A DNA stretch of 64,000 nucleotides from Camelus dromedarius (lineage: Eukaryota). Every line of letters starts with the position of its first letter. Position 1 is the first letter of the stretch. Both the position numbers and the translations under genes were made by a program. The DNA is taken from positions 48,052,001 through 48,116,000 of the forward strand of contig NC_087437.1 of NCBI RefSeq assembly GCF_036321535.1, read 5' to 3'. This document shows, piece by piece, positions 38,652 through 52,850 of the stretch. The notes below the pieces were generated by a model. That model did not search any database. It saw nothing but the letters and a program-made list of their open reading frames with translations, and was not told the DNA's origin.

Positions 38652-39649
38652 ATGAACTCATTTATCACAGCAAGATTCCCCCCAGGTTGTATTGCCACCT
38701 CCACCTGGTTTCTTAAAATCAAGCTGTGTTACTTCTGACTTGTCCATTTATCTTGTGGGATAATGCTGCTAGAATTCAGAACCTGGCTGCTAATTGACTT
38801 GGCAATTCATGAAGCTATACAACTTTGCTTATCAGCAGCTCTGCAGGGCTGACAGTAATACAACTGTGCAGTTTTTTTTTTTAAGTTCAGTGGCTTAAAA
38901 CATTGTAAGGAATATATATGCATAATTATTCATACTTCAAGCTCAATTTTCTTAATATAACTATACCAAAGGGTCAATATTAACCTATTATTTGAAACAA
39001 CATGAAGACAGCAAAAAAGGAAATAAACACTGACTATACACTCAAGCATATAAGTGGATTTAGAGTACATTAAGCTGGTATGCTTCTACGTCATTCTAGC
39101 CACAACAAAAAACAGTGACATTTTACAAGTTGATTATCATATCATGACACCCTCTAGCAATTACTGCAGCCTATTTCTTTTCACATAATACTTCAAAATC
39201 ACCTCCTCCCACTTCCTTTTGGAATCTCTTGAGATATTTTTGACTGGAAAACTATCAGCATAAGGGGAAACTTCTATCTTTTTTTGTGGTTTGTCATAGA
39301 AAATTCTGATTTTTTTAAAGTTTCTTTTATCATTTTGTTTCTTCACAAATGAAATGTATAGAATAACAGCTTTTCTAACAAACAATAATTTTTGAGAACA
39401 GTCTTTAAAATTAACTTCTGCTATAGGACCAGGCTTAAATGAATGAAACACAGGGAGTATAGCAATGTGACGATAACATTCATTAAGAAAACTCAATATT
39501 GGCCCACTTCTTCTCCCTTTTTATTTTTTTCCAATATAGAATATAAGAAACAGAGTAGAAGTATTGGAAGTCACAGATCTTCACAGGTTGGATACCAGCT
39601 ATCTCCAGATGAGGAGGTGTTGGCTCCAGGCGTGTCTTGCAGGGAAGGG

Positions 39650-39890
39650 ACCTCACCTATTTGGAGCAGCTACTGTGTGCTGAGCACTCTACCAGGTCTG
39701 CTCCATAGCTGTACTTACTGGATCTCATGAGAGCTCTGTGGGGCAGATATTATTGTCTTTGCTGGACATTTCTGGGCTTTGTGACTCAGAGATGGCATGA
39801 TTTGGCCCAGGCCTCAAAGCTGGTAGGTGGCTAAGCCAGGACAGGAACCCAGACCCGCCTGCCAGCCTCTGTGCTTCCTTCTCTACCACA
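39650..39890 (-). mobile_element. MIR SINE
   Basis: tactgtgtgctgagcactct...gactcagagatggcatgatttggcccagg...ggacaggaacccag. Confidence 0.6.
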
Positions 39891-41869
39891 CTGTTATCTC
39901 TCTTTCCGCTTCGTGAGCCTGGAGGGCTCTCCCATGCCGCCCTCACTGATGGCCAGAAACACAGCTTGGTTATGGTATCACTCAACTTTGGGGCAGCAAC
40001 CACTTCTCAATATAATTTCGCAGTCTAGATCTAAGCAGACATTTTAGAGAAATATTTTCTTCAGTCTGCAATGGTCAATAAGATTCAGCCACCCATAACT
40101 TCAGCTGTAAGCAGATTTCTAACAAAATGTTTTTTCCTTCTGTCTTCATGGAAAATGGACCTCAGCATTTCATGTACACAAACTTCTTTTATTCTGTAGA
40201 CCTTAATTAGGTTTATGAACTTTAGCATCTCTCTAATTCTTATTAAATGCTAACTCAGTGCCATTAAATGACATATTTACTAGGATTTTCCTGAGATCTA
40301 TTTTGGATGCATGAAATAAAGTAATTCCACAGTGACATGGTCCATTCATAAACAATTTTCTAGTTGTTTTATTCTATTACTGCTACTATGGAGTTTGTAG
40401 CTTAAAAATTATTTTTATTATCCTTAATCTATCAACAGTAAAACAGAGTCTCTTTATCAGAGATATTAAACAGAAGAAATGGAGGTATTAAATTAGGGGA
40501 AAATTAAAAGATTATAATACTAGACATCTCTGCTAACCCTAAATTATCTAATATATGAATTTAAAAAGTACTCTTCCTTTTATTCTGATTATAAAATTAA
40601 TATATGCTATTGCCAAAAAATTAAGATAAAACAGAAACAAGAAAATAAAAACAGCAACCCTAACATTTTTATGCATTTCCCCCCCAATTTTATCTTTACA
40701 ATATTGAAAATTAAACAGTTTTTTAGGATGAATGTTTTAAGGATAGACAAACTATAATCAAGTTTGCAAGTGTGAATGTATTTCTTCATATATACATATA
40801 TGTAAGCAAAAACCTGTCATTTAATTCATTTTAGCCATACTGTCTCAAATGAAGTGCTATTCAGTATTGCATATGCTAAAAAATCATATATCTCATAAAT
40901 TGTGGACCCTGGACCTACATGCACATGTGGTAAACTGGCCACAAAAAACGGCTAATTTCTGATGGCTGTGCTTGTTTCTCTTGTGCTGAGCCAGGACAAT
41001 CTTCTTTTACTGGGAAGGTAAATGTCATGGGAAGTGTCATGCTCTCTTCAAACTTCTCTTTCAATACAGGAAAATGTCAGAGCAATGTTCCCTGAACGCT
41101 GGCGATCTCTGCCTGCCATATTGTGTCCTTTCCCAGTTAAATGTGCTCCTATAGATTTCTTCCAACACAGAGCAGGGTTCAGACCATGCTGCTCCTATGA
41201 CAGTAACATTTAACTCACTCCACTACCACCCCGGTGTTTTGTAAATTTTAAAAGTGGAACAAATAGAACTAAATCTGGGCATATTGATCAATTCTTGTTT
41301 CTAAACATCCCAAAGGAAGCGCAGATCTAGATGGAAACAATTGGGAAACGAACAGAATTCTCTCTTTTCTTAACTAGAGATTCATATGTGGAATTCACAA
41401 ATCATAATGCATTCACCATCGGTTCAGTGATCTGTTTATAGCTGGAAATAATGTGATTTCTGATTCCTTAATACGGGTAGTCAAGTTGCAGTAAAGAAAT
41501 TGATACCTCTCTATTTAAAATAATGACACAGGGCATTTAAAAGGAGGACATCTACTTGATTCTCCATATCTTTCTCTCTTACTAGTTTTTTCCCTCCAGT
41601 GTTGTTGTTGTCTTCTGGATGACAGGTACACTCTTCTCCAAATCATCACTTTTTCTATCAAATCTTCTGAGATAAATGAGGGGCGCTTCTAGTTACAATC
41701 TACAATATAATGCCTATGTCCTCAGTTTGTGTTACGTGCTATTTGGCACTTTTTGTTGTATGTGGTGATGGGAGAGTCATGGATAATAAGCTCTTTAACT
41801 TTAAATCTCCATCCACCAAAGTTGCTGGGATTCTAAGCCCCTCACATGCACAGTCACTTTCCTTGACCT

Positions 41870-42165
41870 GAATAATTGGTGTAGGGGTCCTTACGACTTT
41901 TACAGGCCCTCTAACTTTTGCCTTCCTGGGCCCCTTCCTCCACAAAAAAAAAAAAAAAAAAGCTAAAAATTGTATTTTATGACTGTATTGGTATGAAGAC
42001 AGATATAATCCAGACGATTTATTATTATATATTCATTATCATAATAGTCATTTTGGGGGTTCTGACTTTAAAGGACATAAAACATTTTTAGGGGCCCTTA
42101 AACGCATCTATGCTACTATACCCTATGGACTGTGTCCACTGTGCATGGTGCAGAAGTTGACCCGG
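41870..42165. mobile_element. MER96B-like hAT DNA transposon with an internal A run
   Basis: gccttcctgggccccttcctccac(A)n...attttatgactgtattggtatgaagacagatataatccag...aaacatttttaggggccc. Confidence 0.6.
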
Positions 42166-45100
42166 GTTGGTGTCTTTTAAACAGTCAGTATGGTGTCCCT
42201 GGGGCTGCTGTGCTGTCCCTGGAGCTGCTCTGTCACCTCTGGGTGGTCCATTTTGGCAGCAGCGGCTTCAGCCACCCACTCAGCACGTCCCAGCGTGGGT
42301 GTTTCAGCCCTAACAGGCCCCCTTGCCACTGCCGCTCTCACGACTTCTGTGAGCATTCAGGGAGCCTCTCTTAACAGTATTCACAAACCCTGGTGGGCGC
42401 CCAATCAGCAGCATTCATCTCGCAGTTCTTAAAACACACTCAGAACACCTGGAACATTTAGGCCTGGAGCAGAAAACACTGGCATGTAAGATTGATGTGA
42501 CTCTCTTAAAATGTAATCTCTTCACCAGACAATAGGCCTAAGCACTTTATTCTCTCCTGCCTCACGGGGTGTTCCTGACCATCCAGGAGCACTTCTGAGG
42601 AAGCTGAGTCAATCTCTCTCTCTCCCCCTTTATTAAAACAAAATCAGCCCTCAATGACCACAGTCACCAATCGGTTCCAGAGCAGTCCTTCTCATTTTTT
42701 CCTATTTACACAGTGGGTTGCTAGAGGAAGAGAACTGCCTGGTACCCAAAATTCCTGAGTCGTACGTGAAAATTAAGCTCCTCCCAGGGACCTCACTTTA
42801 GTCCTTTATTTTATAGAGCTTGTGAACTTGTGTAAGCAGTGATTGTGCTTGTTTTTTTTTGAACCATTTTGCATTATTTGGTATAGTAATAGACACTCCA
42901 GTTTACTCAGTAAATACAAGGAACTATTAAACACCTTTTTCAGATTATTCAAGATGCTGAAATCACATAATATGGCCAACTTTGACAGAAAGTGATTTTG
43001 AATTAGATAAAAAGTCTTAATTAGACATTTAAAGAAATGAACTAGTTGCAAGAACCTAAATAAAAATTCATTAAAATTGAAAAGTGTTGCCAAGTAAAAG
43101 ATGATGAAAATTGGCTCTGAAGGGCAGATAAGACTTCTTTTTTAACAACCAAGATCCATTGGTCCACAGTTTACCATTTGTTTGTTCTTTGGAGAAGGTT
43201 AAACATTCCCCATCTCACTCCCACCTTGTCCTCAAGTTTATTTACTCTGCTCAGCAAGCTTTCCTGACAAAGGGTCAAAGTCACAACACTCAGTTGTCAT
43301 TCATCTATAACCAGTTCTGAATTAGGGAAGTTTACTCCCAGGCTTTCTCTGATTAAGTGGCTCCAACTTACTTGGAGCCTATTTTACTGTAATGTTGAGT
43401 TTCTCTCAATATTTACTGTAATACTGAGTTTCTCAATATCAACGTTTGCTACCTAGGCTGGTGTGGTTTAAAAAAATTGTTTTCTTTTGACGTTGTTTGA
43501 CTTTATGTTAAAGATGACATAAATAATACATACTTGATAATTAAGAAGTAACTGGAGAATGTAGTAGTAAGTTTTCCTTTTTGTATGATAAATCCTAAGT
43601 TTGTTATTTATACTTATATAAATGTACTTATGATTGAGGTTTTTGATGATTGTGTGAAATAGGTCACCAAAAAAATTAACTGTAATTAAAGAGTTACTCT
43701 TGTTATTTTCAATTCCTTGTTAAATCTCAGATGATTTGCAAAGCGGGCATTTTTTGGGGGGATGTTATTTTTTAATTAAAAGGAAAACAACTGAAAGATC
43801 TAAAGATTATTTTGTTATTTTTTTCTTTTCAAAAAATATCCTCCCTAATACAAATACTCCAGACTGCTTGTAGCTTACTTGCACAAACGGATGGATTTCC
43901 AACACTTGAGAGAAAGTAAGATTTTATGAGAATCATTCATCACCAGCATGGACAGTTGCTTAAATTATGCTGAATTAATGGTGTTTTGGGTGAAGGGCGA
44001 GGTGAGATGTGGCCTCCTTCTGGGAGGGGTTAGGAGAAGAGGTACTGAGGTCTGCTTTCTATGTGTTTGCAAGCAGGCAAGCTGGAGTAGTATACAAGAT
44101 AGCAGAATGTGGTAGACAGTAGTCTGGTGGTAAGGATACTTGGGAGGAACCATGTACAAAAATTTGGTTTCTTTATCATTCCTGTCTTTTCCGTATATTC
44201 TTGATTGGAAAGTTTTCCAAAGTAAATATAATGAATAAGAATCCCTGTAGGTAGATGTGTGGTCAAGACCATCAAACAGTTACCTTGAATGGATTTTATT
44301 ACCTGTGAAACTCTTTTTGTCATCAGTGATTACTTGCATCCCCCCACTTCTTGCTCCTAGTAGGTAAAATCTATTTACCAAGCCAAAAAACAAGTCACAA
44401 GGAAGAATTCCCTCCATCTACCAAACTGAAGACCTGTAAATATTGACTGTCATTATCTTAAAGCAAAGAAATTGAATCCCAACACCTTTAAAAAATAGAT
44501 GTAAAGACCCTATGATAAATACATTGTTACCAAAATTCTGGCTTTGGGATAGCAAATTTATGTAGATGTCTTAAGGCAGAATTACAGTGGGTCCATTTTC
44601 TTTCTAGAGGAGGACTTGTAACTAGTGAACCTGCATTCCCTGTTATGTATGTTTCAGGCAAATTCTATCACTAATTTATGAAGAAGACTTGTGAACTCAG
44701 AGCCTGACTATTCAGTGGCCTTCTTTGTGGCTTTCCTCATTTTCTGGCAGGTGCACGTATTTTGACCAGCTTGTTCTCCAATCACCAAATGCCCCAGTTT
44801 TATTGATATAACTTAGGGAAACTAAAGCACAGAAACTAGGCTAAATTCACAAGCCAAGAAGATCTCAGCTAAGGTGCTCCATCTGCCTGACTTCTCTGAA
44901 ACAGCTCTAAGAGAGAAGCTGAGGCTTTGGGCATTTCTCTTCTGAAATTCTAGATCAGACCCTGGCATCTCTGCTTATCTTAATAGTCCTCTGGGGTCAT
45001 CGGCAGTGTGTGAGACTGCTTCTCCCTAGTGCCTTCCGGTTCCTTAAAAGGATGAACAGTCTTTCTTACTTTATGGAGAGGAGTTAGGAGAAGTTTGGAG

Positions 45101-45199
45101 AGACCTCAGAGCTGTGAGCCCCAGTCACTGTGTGGCCAGGGGATTAGCTAATGGAGCCAGGGCAGCCTTCCTGGTCAGTGGAAGGGAAAGAGGGACGGC

Positions 45200-45420
45200 C
45201 ATGTGGCATGTTGGCACCAATACCGGGACTGGAGTCAGAAGACAGGAGTTTCAGTCCCAGCTCTGCCTTTTATAATTATTCTCTCTAAGGCTTCATTTTA
45301 CCTTTTAAAAACAGGATAGAAATACTACCTACCTACTTCGTAAATTTGTGAGAATTAAATGAGTATGAAAGCACTTCCCCAATGCCTGGCCCCTGGTAGT
45401 TACTCAATAAATATTGACTC
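45200..45420 (+). mobile_element. MIR SINE
   Basis: ggactggagtcagaagacaggagtttcagtcccagctctgcc...tgtgagaattaaatgag...ctcaataaatatt. Confidence 0.72.
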
Positions 45421-45961
45421 TGAACTGTTACTGCTGAGCTCATGGGCTCTGTGGCCTAGTTGTCCTTATGAAGTAGGTAGCAAAGATGCAATGTTCTGTT
45501 TGTGAGATTCGTCCATGTAGTAAGTAGAAATCGTTATTACATTCTCTCCACTGCATAGTATTTTATCACTTGAATATATCATAACTTATCTAATAACTGT
45601 TGATGGATATTTGAGTTATTTCTAGTTTTTGGTTATTGTAGAAAACACTGTAATGAAGTTGAGTTTAGAAGCTGCAGGGAACAAAAGAGGGGCAACTGAA
45701 AAAGGTGTGAGAGCAGTAAAGAGACTTCAATAACAGCAACGGAGGCAAAGAACAGTCACAGTATGGGTAAGAGGTCTTATCCATGAGCAAATTGAGAGGA
45801 AGTCTATGTCTGCAGCCAACAAGCAAAGACCAGTGCTGGGATGACCTAAATCAAAAGGGACTAGTAAGGCACAGAAATCAAGGATCAGAAGCAAGACTGG
45901 GATGCTGAATCTAGTGACCAGGGATAATGAGAAGCTAGTTTCTAATGGGTTGAGATTAGTA

Positions 45962-46352
45962 ACTTATGGGCTGAGTTGTGTCCCCAGCCCCAATTCATAT
46001 GTTGAAGGCCTAAACCTCAGTAGCTCCAGTAGCTCAGAATGTGACTGTATTTGGAGACGGAGTCTTTATTAAAGCGGTAATTAGGTTAAGATGAAGTGTT
46101 AGGGTGGGCCCTAATCCAACATGACTGGTATTCTTACAAGAAGAGGAGATTAGGACACAGAAGGAAGACAGTATGAAGACATGGGAAGAAGATAGCCATC
46201 TCTAAACCACAGAGAGATGCTTCAGAAGAAGCCAATCCTCTGACACCCTGATCTCAGAATTCCAGTCTCCAGAACCGTGAGCCAATAAACTTCTGTTGTT
46301 TAAGCCGCCCAGCCTGTGGCACTTGTCATGGAAACCCCAGTAAATGAATGCA
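45962..46352 (+). mobile_element. MLT1B-like solo LTR
   Basis: ttatgggctgagttgtgtcccc...cagaatgtgactgtatttggaga...aataaacttctgttgtttaagcc...gaatgca; homologous to 24189-24643. Confidence 0.88.
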
Positions 46353-47420
46353 ATAAGGAAACAACTACTATAATTACAAAGTAATCTTACTTTTGTACCT
46401 TAGAAAACTGTTTAGAAACATCCAAAGACAATTCAGTTGCAGGTTTATTTTAAGCCTTCTCAGTTAATTCCTTTTGTGATGTCTAATCTGATCAACAAGA
46501 CTTCACAGGTACTGAAAACTAGCCATTCTGAACCAGGTGACCAAAATCGGCCACTACGGGGATATCCTATCAGGGACTATGAGCTGCTTGTCAAGGGAGA
46601 GTTGCCTAAAAGAAATTCAAATGAAGATCGTGCCTGTAGTGCTGGGCCAGTGCCAACAGGAGCTGAACTGAGCTTTTAGCCAGATGACCTTAAATTATAG
46701 TTTGGAAATTTTTGAGAAGAATTTTCTTGTGAAAAAACAAGTTTCTTTTGATTTCTGAAATCTGAATGCTCCAAGGAAGTTATTTATTCCTAACTAAAAG
46801 TTTGTTAGATTATATACATTTTAGAGACTTCAATTAGCAAATATATACATCAGCTAAATATATAACGGATATGTACATAAACAGAGAACAACTGAAAAAA
46901 CAGAACTGGAAAGTAATCATGTATTACAGGTAGTTTTATTGTTGTTGTTTTTCCCTCAAAAGCTCTTGCTAATATCTCTGCAGTTTATTTTGGGGTACAG
47001 CGTACAGATGTCTCTGCCTGTGACATACAGCCTGGATTGTTTTGAATGAAGATGTCACCTTGGGATGATGTCCACTGGGGACTTGAAATGAACAGGATCC
47101 CTGGGGTGCCTGAGTCTTTTAAATAAAGCCAGCTTCCCTCTTTCTAATCACTACAAATCTGTAACTCACACTTCCATTGTTATGCAGATGATGTACTGGC
47201 TCATTTTACTCTTCTGTCAAACTTTCTGCAGAGCTAAAATCACAGTTTGATTAATTCCAAATGTAGGACACTGTTATATCAACAGATGAAATTTGCTTTT
47301 GAAGCTATCATTTAGGTGCTTATTTAAAAAGCAATCTCTCAATTCTTTCCCCCACTGTATGTACTGACACCATGAACAGGAAAGGCTGGATTAGGAGGCA
47401 ACCAGGTAATCTGTTCTAGC

Positions 47421-47465
47421 TGGTCAGTGGCCTAGTGGTCAGTGGTCTAGTGGTCAGTGGCCTGG
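47421..47465. repeat. Tandem repeat, 15-bp unit x3
   Basis: TGGTCAGTGGCCTAG TGGTCAGTGGTCTAG TGGTCAGTGGCCTGG. Confidence 0.9.
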
Positions 47466-50400
47466 TTTTGAAGCCAGTGTCTCTATTGTGCCTAGACTCA
47501 TGTCCTACTCTGTATATAACATATTTCTTTTTTTTGGGAGGTTCTCCTTCAACTAACAAACCAAAAGGGGAAGGAAATAGTTGCCAGGTTTCTACCTTTT
47601 CTTGAGTATAATTCTATTTGCCTATCTGTCATTTCCAAATTGCCAAGGGATACCCTAACCCAGAGGTGTGTGGCAACGTGGCTTTACATACATGTGGTTT
47701 CTGAGGCTAGTTAGGTGGGATCTGTGTTGACAGAGCATGGGATATGAAGTTGGAAACCCAGGGTTTGAGCCCCAGAAACAACACTTTCTATTTTTGTGTG
47801 ACCTAGGGCAGAGAGCTTAGTTTTCTCTAAGTTGGAGAGTGAGACTGGTACTAATAACTGCCTCCCTGACTTTGCAGGGTTTTTGTGATGCAAATAGACA
47901 GTATGTAAAAGTGAGCACTCACTCTGCACTAATACTTTTATAAATCAGCAAAATCCTATTAGCTGAGTAAATTATTTTCCATATGTATTTGTAAGTCTAT
48001 AGTAACTGAAATAACTATTTATTATTTTGAAAGAATAATTTGACAAGGCTATACCATAATGAAATGAAAAAGTTAATGGGCTTCCCGTAACAGTAGAAAA
48101 ACAAGGCAAGTCTGGGTTTGGCCCATTAAAGTAGCAGTTGCAAAACTCCTAGGTACCATTAGATTGCTGATGAATTCACAGACTGTGTTATGCGCTCTAA
48201 GGTTGTCAAATATAGAGCCATTTAGGAAATCTATTCAACCAAAGTTATATAATCACAATAAAAAAGATGACCTTCAACTTGCAAAGTCTAAGAAAGGATT
48301 CAACATAGAGAACCTTAAGATTGTTGAAACATTTCTAGCAGTTCCAAAAATATGTTTTTCTACTAATGCATTCACTGGTTTGTCTGATGAATTATAAATA
48401 AGTATCACATTCATATCTTGTTCCTAATTCTGAAGGACTGGAACAGTTTGTGGACTATCTAGCTCAAGGAGGTGTTGGGTCATTTCTACACCCTGCTTTA
48501 GGCAGATTGCCTGTATCTCCTATGCTGGAAATATGCCTCTAATCTGTGTCTCAAGCCACTGGAAATAGGCAGAAGAGTAATTTGATAATACTTTAATTTT
48601 AAGTTGCCTATGAAGTTTTTCTCAGTCTCCTAAAGATGGATTCTCTGCTATCCCCTTCATTTTCTTCCACTTGATTCTCAGATATATATCAAAAGAAATT
48701 AACAGTTAAAAGAGATTTGGCCTGAACTCATTTCAATCTGCTAAATAATGCATTAAGGTCTATTAGGTTCCAAGATAAAAGCAATTACATGATACTGATA
48801 TTTCATTAAATAGATTAAAATTGACCCTAATTCTAGACAGATGTTATTTGTGTAGAAAAAAATTAATTTCTTTAATTTTAAGATCCAAGTTGTTCCCACA
48901 TCAACATATGCCAGAGTTTTTTCAGCTCTTAAAATGTTCCCAGAAAGTATGGAAAGTCTTAGATTCTCTGCCTAAGCTATTCCTCTAAACACTTTATCGA
49001 AGAAAGCACAAAATGATTTAAATCCATCAAAATTTGTCTGAAAATTTACCATTACTCTTCCCTCCCCAACACATGAACAATATTACATTATTTCCTTTTA
49101 GCCACTTATCATAAAACAAAAACCTAATTAACCAGTATCCTCAATTAATTTTTCCAGAAAATCTCACGTTTAGAAGAAGAAATTAATTTAAAAACAAACC
49201 AGCTCATCTGAAGGATACTAAAGACACCAAGTTGTATCCCACAGTCAGCATATATCCAGCCCATTTCTGACAATTACACCTGGGTACCACTCAGTAAGGA
49301 GAGATGCACTGAGTAATAGCCCTGAGGACTACAATATCGTCATTCTTCAAAGAAAGAATCGGGTATAGTATCACTGTACTTAGTAATATAGAAAGAAATA
49401 TTAATACATTTTAGAAAGATCTGCCACTAAAAAAGCTTTTCCCCCCTTTTAGTCAACCTTGATGTGATGAAAAGTTTCAACTAATAATAACACTCAAATA
49501 GCTTTGAGTGTTCTGGTTAATTGGAAACTTGTAATATTTCACTAGACTGAAAAAACACAAAGACTTCTGTTTTATTTCTTAAACACTACTTTTCCTCAAA
49601 TGTCACCATCAAAGTCATAGAAGATGAGATATTTTAAAGGCTTTCTTCCTGTTTTTCCTTTAGTCTATTACAGATGCACAGTTGCTTTTAGGTGAGACAT
49701 GTATATGTATATGCACATCTATGTATATATGTTCTGTCATACCTACATATATATATTAAATATGTATGTATTACTATATTTATATCCATATTGAGGCGAA
49801 TTTATTCAACTGAACAAAAAGTGAGATTCATTTTCTAGCCTTATTTCCATCTATAACGTTTGTAAAGACCTTATTACAAATGTCTTTTAAGAGATTTCAA
49901 ATTTCAGTAAAAATACAATGTATTCTGTTGTAGAACTTTCTGTACTGAAGTCATCAAGATTTAGAAATTCCAGAAATATATTTTCTGCCTGACCTTTCCA
50001 ACAACTTAAAAAAAAAAAATCTTTCAGCAGGCTTAAAGTTATCCTGACCTTTTCTTTGAAAAGTGAAAATGAAGTTGTTTGCATTTTTACCCTCATTTAA
50101 AAAAACACTTATTTTCTTAGAGAAGATTAAATTGGAAAGAGAAATGTGCTTCTTGACTTTGAATATTTTAATATCATAGTGATTTCAGTTACAACAACAA
50201 TAAAACAAACTATGTCACAGTAAAGAAAGAAAGTGACTGACAGTTTTTGTAAGAATTTAACTTGGATTTCTCTATATGGAACTTCTTATCTATTCAGGTC
50301 TCTTTTTAATTAGTACTGTAGAGTTTTACTCATTTGTTTTCAGTTTAAATTCTGTGAAGGCTTATAGTTTTGTTTAAAAATCTTATCGCACCATGTCAAT

Positions 50401-51443
50401 ATTTTTATCTTTTCCCCCTTCTCTAAAATGAACAATGCAGTTAGGTACTTCAGAATGCTGCGATCTTTTATAAACCTGGTTTCTATCTATATGATATTTG
50501 TGACTGTAGAGGCAAGAGCAAGGGCTGACAAAAATACACGGACTGGAAATTTCCTTTCAATAACCTGGGTTTCAGAAAGTTATGTCTCAGTACATGCAAA
50601 TATGGCTCTCAGAATGTCAATCTTCTTATAGGGCATCAAATTTTGACAGAGGACAGTCTGTGTGAGTTGCCTGGCACCATGGAATGTTCTTGAGAGAAGG
50701 GGCTCCTGGTGCGTATATGCCTGCTCAGGTCTGCAGCAGCCTCCTCCATCTCTTCCTCTCCTACAGCCCCCCTCACACAGCTCCTCCAGGCCACTGCCCA
50801 CACCAGTGAGGGCGGTGTCTATGCGAGTTCCTGCATGTCTCCAGAGGCTGTGTTCTTCACTTGGAATTCCCATCTCCTCCTCTCTACCTGTTGAATACCT
50901 GGTATTCTTCCAGAGTCTATTGAATCACGATGATTCCCTTGTTGAAGTTTAGCCTGTGATCTCCTTGGACACTGAGTCTCATTCTGTTTTGTGTTGCCAC
51001 AGGCAGTGTCTGTGGGTACCGGGGTGCTAAATGAAGGCTTGTGGAGTGGATGAATGAATGAAGGCATGGATGGATGGATGGAAAGATGATATGTAGTCCT
51101 ATCTGCCTAAGACTTCTTGAGGCTTTTCCTAAACCTGGGTTACAGAAGTATGATACCACTTCCTTCCCAAACCCCTCCGCCACTAGGCAGAAACTAGAAA
51201 CGACTCCTGTCTAAGAACTTAATGGAGTACTTATCAGTGAGAATTCAAAACCTTTTCACCCCATTTTAGTGGCCCGGGGAAAGGCTATTAGGAGTTTACG
51301 GTTCATCCATGGGCTTCTTTCATATTTTCTGCAAAGCCCTTTGTCGGGGTGGTGGAAATCACATTTATTTTGGATTAACATATAGTAGAAATTTGAAATA
51401 GAGAGAAAAGGGAGAAAGAAGATTGGCTAAAAAGGCTCTGCAT

Positions 51444-51478
51444 ATCACTTCTTGGCCTTTTGGCTAAGATCAAGTGTA
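51444..51478 (+). pseudogene. U2 snRNA 3'-truncated (nt 1-35) tailless retropseudogene
   Basis: ATCACTTCTTGGCCTTTTGGCTAAGATCAAGTGTA versus U2 ATCGCTTCTCGGCCTTTTGGCTAAGATCAAGTGTA: 33/35, both changes at CpG. Flanking direct repeats AAAAGGCTCTGCAT (51430-51443) and AAAAGGGTCTGCAT (51478-51491). Confidence 0.93.
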
Positions 51479-52619
51479 AAAGGGTCTGCATAATTAAAAA
51501 TAATTGGTGGCAATTTAGTCCTCTCTTCTACCCCCTTTCCCTTCAAGTTATATCCCCAAATCTCCAGTGATATCTGCTGGAGACACAAATACCTTCTTAA
51601 GATGCAACTTTTTGCTTAGTAGTAGAGCCAAGTTCTACATTGATACTGACAAGGTGTGGATGAAGAGAGAAAACAGGGAAGTGACTTTGTATGTTTTGCT
51701 CTGTATCACATTGGAAGAGCCCAGAACAGTGCCTGGCACAGAGTACGTTGAATGAATCTTTAAAAACCACAAACAACTCTGATAAAGCAGAAGCAGGAGC
51801 TCAGAGCTAGGTCACTCAGCATCCCTCAAATTTGCAGACATCTGGTGAAGTGGTGCTAGGATGAAAAGATGTTGAATTTCACAGTGCAGAAGTGTTATGA
51901 GTCAATCTTATTTTGATCCTAAGATTCAGGGAGACCCAGCTGGCATAGAGGTTACATAAAATAAAGAGAAGAAAGTATAACTTTAATCAAAGATGCCTTA
52001 AGGAAGGACTACTAGATTCTTGTTCAGTGATATTGAAACCAACACAAATTAACTTAGTGCTGAGAGATACGCAGAAAAGTCACCCAATTTTTGAAGATTA
52101 TTGGCAAAAGTTGAAAATCGCAGAGATGTTTTACGTGGAAATATAGTGATTATGTGTTCTGCCTAGAGGAAGGCAGAAAGCATTTTCTGATTTTCTGAGT
52201 TAAGACAATTTCCCGGAACACTATGAGAATGGAGGAGGCACAGGGAGACGGTTATAGAGTCAGTCCTGGAAAAGATGGCTGTGTGCATTAAATGTGTTCC
52301 TCGCTTTGAAGCCTCCAAGAATAAAACAGTATTTTACTCAATATTTAACCACAAGAGAGCAATTTCTACTTCTTAGAAAACTACTCAGAACTGTAAATTT
52401 ATTTAAAGAGTGTCATGGTCCACAGAAGAGATGAACCTCAGAGCATCTAGCTAATTAAAGTAACTACCAAAATGGTATTAAGTATGTTACAGAGTTTCCA
52501 GTTGAATTCTCACAAACATGTCTTTGAAGTCAATTTGATTATCTCCTCCTTATTTTAGAGAAGAGGTACTTGGACCTCAAAGAGAATTACTTGTCCAAAG
52601 ACAGGTACCTAGTAACAGT

Positions 52620-52850
52620 AGTAGTAGTAATAATAGTAATCACTGAGCATCTGAAATGTACCAAGTACTGTGCTGAATACTTCACACATATTTCAGTAGT
52701 ACCTAGGTCACAACAACTCTTTGAAGTGTACACTTTTCTCATAACCATTTTACAGATGAAGAGACAGATGGAGAGAGTTAAGCAGAAAGAGTCAGTAAGT
52801 GTCAATGCTGGGACAGGAGCCCAGAGTCTGGCCTCAGAGTCTGTTTTTAA
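52620..52850 (-). mobile_element. MIR SINE
   Basis: cactgagcatc...ccattttacagatgaagagacag...agagagttaag. Confidence 0.7.

Noticed and set aside
43383..43438. Short tandem duplications (here about 28 bp x2; also 8930-8962 and 56840-56870)
   Set aside because: Ordinary two-copy slippage duplications with no sign of function.
47421..47465. 15-bp x3 repeat as a CRISPR-like or regulatory array
   Set aside because: Head-to-tail units with no spacers; a simple minisatellite seed.
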